Shown here piece after piece: positions 58,035-64,000 of a stretch of 64,000 nucleotides of DNA. The notes beneath the pieces are model-generated. The model was not told the DNA's origin. It was given only the letters and a program-made list of their open reading frames with translations, and made no database searches. The position numbers were made by a program, and so were the translations under genes. How positions within the stretch are numbered: the stretch's first letter is position 1; the number at the start of each line of letters is the position of its first letter. The DNA is from an uncultured delta proteobacterium (GTDB taxonomy: Bacteria; Myxococcota_A; Polyangia; Palsa-1104). The stretch covers positions 160,001-224,000 of the forward strand of contig CAWAWS010000015.1 of assembly GCA_963785725.1 (NCBI GenBank), read 5' to 3'.

Positions 58035-58892
58035 ATGAATCCGTCGATTTGGCTGTTACTCATGTTGGCGACGCTGGGCCTGTCGGTGTTCGGCCTCGTC
58101 GTGTTCGGCGGTCCCATCGTCGTCGCCTTCTTCGAGAGCCTGTGGGCCAAGTACGCGCGTTGGGCCGGCGGCGAGCTGAAGGTGCTGCACATGCCGATGA
58201 CGCCGGCCGCCTTCTTCGGTCGCCACGTGCTCGTCGTCCTCGGCACGATGTCGGTCGGCCTCATGATGACGACGCCGTGGAAGACCGCGATGCTGATGGC
58301 CGGCGCCGCGATCTCGCCGATCTTTTGGTTCAAGCGGCAGCGCTTCAATCGCCAGCAAGCCTTCAACGAGCAGCTCGATCCGGGCCTGCAGCTGATGGCG
58401 AACTCGGTGTTGGCGACGCAGAACCTCGTCGACGGCTTCGAGTCGCTGGCGAAGTACGGTCAGCCGCCGCTCAGCCAAGAGGCGGAGCTGTTCGTCAAAG
58501 AGCTGCGCATCGGCAACAGCATCGACGAAGCGATGGCCAACATGGCGCAGCGCTGCCACAACCGCAACGTCGACTCGGTCATCACGGCGCTCGCCATCGG
58601 TCGCCGCACCGGCGGCAACTTGCCGAAGGTGCTCGAGTCGACGGCCAAAGTGTTGCGCGAGACGATGCGCATCGAGGGCCTCATCGCCTCGAAGACGGCC
58701 GAGGGCAAGGCGTCGGGCGTCATCATGGCGGCGCTGCCGATCTTCTTCGCCGTCGTCATGTCGGTCGTCGATCCCGAGTGGATGGCGCCGCTCTACAACG
58801 ACGTCATTGGTAACTGCATCCTGGCAGGTGTCCTCGCGATGACGGTCGCGGGCGGCATGCTGATCCGCAAAGTGTCGACGATCGATGTTTAA
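58035..58892 (+). CDS. tadB: TadB (T2SSF) platform protein
   Basis: FNEQL..L, PPLSQE, TGGNL, TM helices. Confidence 0.9.
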   Translation: MNPSIWLLLMLATLGLSVFGLVVFGGPIVVAFFESLWAKYARWAGGELKVLHMPMTPAAFFGRHVLVVLGTMSVGLMMTTPWKTAMLMAGAAISPIFWFKRQRFNRQQAFNEQLDPGLQLMANSVLATQNLVDGFESLAKYGQPPLSQEAELFVKELRIGNSIDEAMANMAQRCHNRNVDSVITALAIGRRTGGNLPKVLESTAKVLRETMRIEGLIASKTAEGKASGVIMAALPIFFAVVMSVVDPEWMAPLYNDVIGNCILAGVLAMTVAGGMLIRKVSTIDV

Positions 58893-58921
58893 CCGTCGTC
58901 TCGAAATCGTGGGTGAACGTC

Positions 58922-59857
58922 ATGGGTGAGCTCCTGCAAAGCTTGACGACGAATCCGTCGCTGTATTGGCTCTTCGGCGCCATCGTGTGTATGGGCGTGG
59001 CCGCCTTCGTCATCGTCATGGCGGCGGTGCCGAAGCCGCGCGCGCTGACGCACCTCATGGGCTATCGCGCGACGGCACGCCGCGAGGGCCTCGAGCAGAA
59101 CCAGTTCCTGAAGATGGCGTGGCCGCTCGTCGAATTGGGCGCGCAATATTCGTCGGGAATCGCCATGCCGGAGTGGCGGCAGAGCATGGCCAAGCTGCTG
59201 CGCGACTCGGGCGCGCCGCTCGGCCTCGACGTCGACGAGCTGGTCGGCGTCATCTTCACCAGCACAGTGGCGCTGCTCGGCCTCGCGTTCGTGGTGGCGC
59301 AGCTGCGCGGCTTCGGCTTCGGCATCTACATCTTGGCGGCGTTCATCGGCGTCTGCTTGCCGTTCATGTGGCTGAGCGAGCAGGGCAAAGAGCGCTTCAA
59401 GTCGATCAACCGCGGCCTGCCGCAGGCGCTCGACCTCGTCGTCATGGCCATGGGCGCCGGCCTCGACTTCACCGGCTCGTTGCGCAACGTCGTCGAGCGC
59501 TGGACCGACAAGAAGGACCCGATGTTCCTCGAGCTCAGCCGCTTCTTGCACGAGCTCAGCCTCGGCAAGACGCGCCGCGAGGCGCTCGAAGACTTGGCCG
59601 TGCGCGCGCCCACCGAGCTCGTGCGCACCTTCGTCGCCAACGTCGTGCAGGCCGAGCAGCGCGGCACGCCGCTCGTCGAGATCTTGGCGATTCAGGCCGA
59701 CGTCGCGCGCACGCGCCGCTTTCAGACGGCCGAGAAAATAGCCGGTCGCGCCGGCGTCATGGTGCTTCTGCCGCTCATGTTAATCTTCATGGCAACCATC
59801 TTGGTGCTCTTCGGTGGTCTCATCGTCAAGGGCATCCGCGGGGAGCTCACGTCGTGA
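58922..59857 (+). CDS. tadC: TadC (T2SSF) platform protein
   Basis: LPQALDL...AGL, GKTRREAL, QAEQRGTPL, AEK.A, LPL. Confidence 0.9.
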   Translation: MGELLQSLTTNPSLYWLFGAIVCMGVAAFVIVMAAVPKPRALTHLMGYRATARREGLEQNQFLKMAWPLVELGAQYSSGIAMPEWRQSMAKLLRDSGAPLGLDVDELVGVIFTSTVALLGLAFVVAQLRGFGFGIYILAAFIGVCLPFMWLSEQGKERFKSINRGLPQALDLVVMAMGAGLDFTGSLRNVVERWTDKKDPMFLELSRFLHELSLGKTRREALEDLAVRAPTELVRTFVANVVQAEQRGTPLVEILAIQADVARTRRFQTAEKIAGRAGVMVLLPLMLIFMATILVLFGGLIVKGIRGELTS

Positions 59858-60783
59858 CGCCTGAACGCGCAGTCCCGGCGCCGGCCGTCGTGCCTTCGGT
59901 GCCTTTCGAGGTCCACGTCGGCACCGTCGACGGACCGATCCGCTCGTACCAGTTCGACGCCGAGCGCATCCTCATCGGCCGCGCCAGCGACGTCGATCTG
60001 CGGGTCGCGCACTCGGCGATGGCGCGCCATCAGTTCATCATCGAGCGCATCCTGCTCGACGGCGGACCGGCGCGCTTCCGCATCGTCCTCGTCGGCGGCA
60101 CCAACCCGACCTATCTGAACGGGCAGCCGGCCGTCGAAGGCAGCTTGCAGCCGGGCGAGGAGATCGCCGTCGGACCGCTGCGCATCTCGGTGCACTCGCC
60201 GAAGAAGCGCAAAGCGGCGGCCAAGGCCTCGGGCGGCGTCCGCGAGAAGGTCGTGCTCATCGCCGGCATCCTCGGCATCGGCCTCGTCTGCTGGTGGATG
60301 TTCGGCGACTCGGATCCGCCGCCGCAGGTGAACCCGGCCGAAGTCGACGCGCCCCTGTTCCATTCGCTGCCGCCGTTGTCGTGCCCGACGTCGGACGCCT
60401 GCGCGGCGCGCGCTCGCGAGCAGTACGCCAAAGGCCGGCAGTACGAAGACCTCGTGCAAGGCGACATCGGCAACCTGTATCGCGCGTCGATCGCGTTCGC
60501 CTACGCGGCGCAGCTGCGGCAGGCGTCGAACCAGCCGATGCCGGAGATCGCCGACGCCACCGGGCGCGTCGATCGCGACGCGCGCAAGGCGCAAGAGATC
60601 CTCGAGGACGCGCGCTTCCAGCTGCGGCGCGCGCTCGCGGCCGGTGACGGCGACCGCACCGCGCATTCGCTGGCGGTCATTCAGCAGCTCGTGCCCGAGC
60701 CGGGCCATCCGATTCGGCTCGGCCTCGACAAGATTCGCCGCGACCTGGCCAAGGACAAAGACAAGGACAAGGACGATAAATGA
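59854..60783 (+). CDS. FHA-TM-helical periplasmic protein
   Basis: GTG overlaps the tadC stop. IGR...ARHQ...NPTYLNG, TM, then CxxxxxC and TPR-like helices. Confidence 0.8.
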   Translation: MTPERAVPAPAVVPSVPFEVHVGTVDGPIRSYQFDAERILIGRASDVDLRVAHSAMARHQFIIERILLDGGPARFRIVLVGGTNPTYLNGQPAVEGSLQPGEEIAVGPLRISVHSPKKRKAAAKASGGVREKVVLIAGILGIGLVCWWMFGDSDPPPQVNPAEVDAPLFHSLPPLSCPTSDACAARAREQYAKGRQYEDLVQGDIGNLYRASIAFAYAAQLRQASNQPMPEIADATGRVDRDARKAQEILEDARFQLRRALAAGDGDRTAHSLAVIQQLVPEPGHPIRLGLDKIRRDLAKDKDKDKDDK

Positions 60784-61892
60784 GCCACGGTCCGCAGCGC
60801 ATCCCGGACGCGATCTTCCAGCAGACGCTGGTCGGGTTCCTAAAGCCGATCGAGAAGTTTCTGGCCGACGATCGCGTCTCGGAGGTCATGATCAACGGGG
60901 CGCGCGAGATCTACATCGAGCGCGGCGGCAAGCTGGAGCTCTCCGGCGCCGAGTTCCCGTCCGACCACGCGCTCGAGACGGCGGTGCGCAACATCGCGCA
61001 GTTCGTCGGCAAAACCGTCGACGCCGAGCGGCCGATCTTGGACGCGCGCCTGCCCGACGGCAGCCGCGTCTGCGCCGTCTTGCCGCCGGCCGCGCGGCGC
61101 GGCATCACCGTCTCCATCCGCCGCTTCCCGAAGTCGCGCCTGACGGTGCAGGATCTCGTCAACTACGGCGCCGTCTCGGAAGGCGCGCTGGCGTTCTTGA
61201 AGCTGTGCGTCGAGATGAAGCGCAACATCCTCGTCGCCGGCGGTACCGGCTCGGGCAAGACGTCGCTGTTGAACGCGCTGTCCTCGTTCGTGTCGGCGGA
61301 CGAGCGCGTCGTCGTCATCGAGGACTCGTCCGAGGTGCAGCTGCAGCAGCCGCACGCCGTCTACTTGGAAGCGCGCCCGCCCGATCACAAAGGCCAGCAC
61401 GCGGTAACCATCCGCGACCTCTTGCGGGCGACGCTGCGACTGCGCCCCGACCGCATCATCGTCGGCGAGTGTCGCGGTGGTGAGGCGCTCGACCTCGTGC
61501 AGTCGATGACCTCCGGCCACGGCGGCTCGATGTCGACCGTCCACGCGACCCATCCGCACGACACGGTTCAGCGTTTGGAGACGTTGTGCCTGATGTCGGA
61601 GGTGGAACTGCCCTTGCATGCTTTGCGCGGACAAGTGGCCTCCGCCGTCAACATGATCGTGCAGACGAACCGTCTCAACGACGGCAGCCGCAAGATCACC
61701 GACATCGTCGAGTGCCGCGGCCTCGACGCCAAAGGCTTCTACGATCTCAATCCGCTGTTCGAGTTCCGCCAGACCGGGGTCGATCCGAAGACGAGCAAGA
61801 TTCGCGGCGCGTTGGTCGCGACCCGCAACCCGGTCAGCTTCGCCGAAGAGCTGGAGGGCCACGGCGCGACGCTGCCCGAGGAGATGATGTAA
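60780..61892 (+). CDS. tadA: Second CpaF/TadA ATPase (no FHA)
   Basis: VSEVMING, PILDARLPDGSR, GGTGSGKTS, LRPDRIIVGECRG, SGHGGS..TVHA. Confidence 0.95.
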   Translation: MSHGPQRIPDAIFQQTLVGFLKPIEKFLADDRVSEVMINGAREIYIERGGKLELSGAEFPSDHALETAVRNIAQFVGKTVDAERPILDARLPDGSRVCAVLPPAARRGITVSIRRFPKSRLTVQDLVNYGAVSEGALAFLKLCVEMKRNILVAGGTGSGKTSLLNALSSFVSADERVVVIEDSSEVQLQQPHAVYLEARPPDHKGQHAVTIRDLLRATLRLRPDRIIVGECRGGEALDLVQSMTSGHGGSMSTVHATHPHDTVQRLETLCLMSEVELPLHALRGQVASAVNMIVQTNRLNDGSRKITDIVECRGLDAKGFYDLNPLFEFRQTGVDPKTSKIRGALVATRNPVSFAEELEGHGATLPEEMM

Positions 61893-63907
61893 TGCAGGAC
61901 GAAGAAGAAAAAACGTCGATGTTTCGGCAGAATAAGCCGATCGAGCCGGAGCGCACCGTGGTCGCGGCGCCGCGTCAGGTGGCGCGCCTGAAGGCCACGC
62001 TCGAAGACGGCATGCAGACGTTTTTGCCGCTCACGTCCGCGCCCGTGACGATGACGATCGGCCGCGATCCGTCGTGCGGCTGGTACCTGCAGGACTTGAG
62101 CGTCTCGCGCATTCACGCCTCCATCCGCTGGAGCGGCGTCGCCTTGTCGATCGAGGATCACGGCTCGAGCGGCGGCACGTTCGTCGCCAACCGCCAGGTG
62201 GGGACCACCCCTTGCCTGGTGAGGCCGGGCGACTCAGTCCGGGTCGGCGACGCCATCTTCGTCCTCGAGCTCACGAGCGGCATCGCGTCCAAGGATGTCG
62301 AGCAGACGCGCATGGTGCCGAACCCGTCGCCGATGTCGTACGCGGTGACGCCGGCGCCGTCGCGTCATCAGAAGCCGGTGGAGATTCCGCTCGGCACCTC
62401 GGCCGACGACGAGCGCACGGCGTTCTCGTCCGTCGCCGCGCCGCACGCGCGAGAGGGCCGTCAGGCGGCGCACGACGAAGAGGAGCGTACGGCGTTCTCG
62501 AAGGTGGCGACGCCGGCGCGCGGGCAGCGGGCGCACGCCGAGCTGCCGTCGATCGCCGCGCTCGCCGACGAGGAGAAGACGGCGTTTCAGGTCGAGCTGC
62601 CGAACGTCGTGGTGGCGTCGGACGCGACGGAGTCCGAGGTCGAGCTGCCGATCGCCGAATCGCGGCCGCAGCGCGTCGCGCCGGCCAAGCCGGTGGCGCA
62701 CGCCAAACCGGCCCCGAAGCCTGCGCCGCCGGTGCAGCAGACGCGGCCGACCACGCCGCCGAAGGCGATCCCGGCGGTCAAGCCGGCGCCGGTCAGGCCG
62801 GTCGCGCAGCCGAAGCCGGTCGCGGCCGAGCAGCAGACGACCGAGGCCGAAATTCCGCTGCCGGAAGCGGCGCCGTGGAGCAAGCCGTCGAGCGAGCAGA
62901 CGAAGACGGCGGCCGAGCTGCCCTTGCCGGGCGCACGCGCGACGCAGCCGCGCACCGAAGCCGAAGTGCGGCTGCCGCCCGAGCAGGCGCGCACGGCGAC
63001 CAAGACGCTGCCCGCCCATCAGCTGCCGACCGAGGCCGAGATTCCGCTGCCGGAAGCCAAAGCGCGCGCGCCCTTGCCGAAGACGGAGGCCCATATTCCG
63101 CTTCCCGCCGTCGCCGCCGCTTCGCGGACGGCGTCGACGGAATCGACGGTGGCGCCGGCTTCGCCGATCGCGATTCCGGTGCGCGCGCCCGATCACGAGC
63201 CGCTCGTCTACGTGCCCGAGAGCGACGTGCTGGCTCCGACGGAGGTGACGCGCAGCTGGGCCGTCGAGACGGCGCTGGCGAAGCCGAAGGAGGGCCTGTT
63301 CGGCGCGCGTCGCGGCACCGTGAAGTCGGGCATGCCGGTCAAGAAGTCGGCCGAAGGCAAGAGCGCGATCGGCAAGCTGGCGCAGCTGGCCAAGGGCGCC
63401 GCCAAAGGCGCCAAGACGACCGCCAAGACAGCGAAGCCGTCCCAGGCGGAGTCGACGGCGAAGACATGGACGTTGTCGAGCCAGCGCAAGCGCATCTTGC
63501 TGCTCGCGGGACCGGCCCTCTTGGCGATCGTCACCTCGGCGTCGGCGTGGATGCAGGCGCCGGCGGACGCGGCGAGCGAGGCCAAGCCGGCCGGCGCCAA
63601 GCACGCCAAAGCGCATCCGGCGAACGGCGCGGCGGTCGCGAACGGCGGCGCGGCCAACGGCGCGGCTGGCAATGGAGCCGGCGGCGACGGCAACGCGCAG
63701 CCCGCGGATCCGACGGCGGCGGTGGCGCCGGCCGCGGTCGCGCCCGTCGATTCGGCCGCGCGCGACGAGCTGCTCGCCGGCGCCATTCGCGCCTACAGCG
63801 ACGGCAATCGCGCCGAAGCGTTGAACATCTTCCGGCGCATGGGACCGAACGATCCGACCGGACGCGCGATGGTGCACATCATCACGCTGCAAGCCGAGGG
63901 ACAATAA
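61892..63907 (+). CDS. FHA protein with long Thr-motif repeat region and C-terminal TM
   Basis: ATG overlaps the stop. IGR...VSRIHA...DHGS.GGTFV. ExTAF and TEAEIPLP repeats. TM near 63500. Confidence 0.85.
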   Translation: MQDEEEKTSMFRQNKPIEPERTVVAAPRQVARLKATLEDGMQTFLPLTSAPVTMTIGRDPSCGWYLQDLSVSRIHASIRWSGVALSIEDHGSSGGTFVANRQVGTTPCLVRPGDSVRVGDAIFVLELTSGIASKDVEQTRMVPNPSPMSYAVTPAPSRHQKPVEIPLGTSADDERTAFSSVAAPHAREGRQAAHDEEERTAFSKVATPARGQRAHAELPSIAALADEEKTAFQVELPNVVVASDATESEVELPIAESRPQRVAPAKPVAHAKPAPKPAPPVQQTRPTTPPKAIPAVKPAPVRPVAQPKPVAAEQQTTEAEIPLPEAAPWSKPSSEQTKTAAELPLPGARATQPRTEAEVRLPPEQARTATKTLPAHQLPTEAEIPLPEAKARAPLPKTEAHIPLPAVAAASRTASTESTVAPASPIAIPVRAPDHEPLVYVPESDVLAPTEVTRSWAVETALAKPKEGLFGARRGTVKSGMPVKKSAEGKSAIGKLAQLAKGAAKGAKTTAKTAKPSQAESTAKTWTLSSQRKRILLLAGPALLAIVTSASAWMQAPADAASEAKPAGAKHAKAHPANGAAVANGGAANGAAGNGAGGDGNAQPADPTAAVAPAAVAPVDSAARDELLAGAIRAYSDGNRAEALNIFRRMGPNDPTGRAMVHIITLQAEGQ

Positions 63908-63909
63908 TC

Positions 63910-64000
63910 ATGATGCGTACGACGTTGCAGCTGGCGCTGTTGGCGGCGGTTTCGGCTTGGGTGGGCTGCACGCCGCCGCCGCCGCCGCGGCCGTTCGACA
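63910..64000 (+). CDS. Probable lipoprotein, truncated by the window end
   Basis: MMRTTLQLALLAAVSAWVG|C, starting 2 nt after the upstream stop. Confidence 0.6.
   Translation, partial: MMRTTLQLALLAAVSAWVGCTPPPPPRPFD

Overview
High-GC (visibly ~70%) bacterial DNA. The gene content points to Myxococcota, probably Polyangia-like (inference): four eukaryote-like Ser/Thr kinases, two FHA-sigma54 activators, TPR, FG-GAP, kelch and fibro-slime lipoproteins, and a myxobacterial-type sigma factor. About 55 CDS can be supported. At least nine are broken by single-base frameshifts that look like uncorrected long-read errors. I saw no rRNA, tRNA, CRISPR array or transposase. The left and middle parts are mixed accessory genes: an Emr-type efflux operon with TetR operators, a thaumatin-fascin lipoprotein, an expansin, an Omp85 barrel paired with a kinase-like lipoprotein, Csp1, PLD, amt, an M13 peptidase and a propeller histidine kinase. 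The right third (46.0-64 kb) is an FHA-decorated Tad/Flp pilus locus reminiscent of the Myxococcus Kil predation system. It has six pilin/pseudopilin genes, cpaB, two TadA ATPases, tadB/C and two FHA membrane proteins. Best candidate for a new system: gene 46185-48056 encodes an Flp-type prepilin fused to a polymorphic-toxin-type HINT autoprotease and a 377-aa Gly/Pro-rich cargo. It has no immunity gene. A shared GAGGCTGGCAGCC palindrome placed upstream of three sigma54-like promoters links it to the Tad operons. The hypothesis is pilus-displayed, self-releasing effector delivery.
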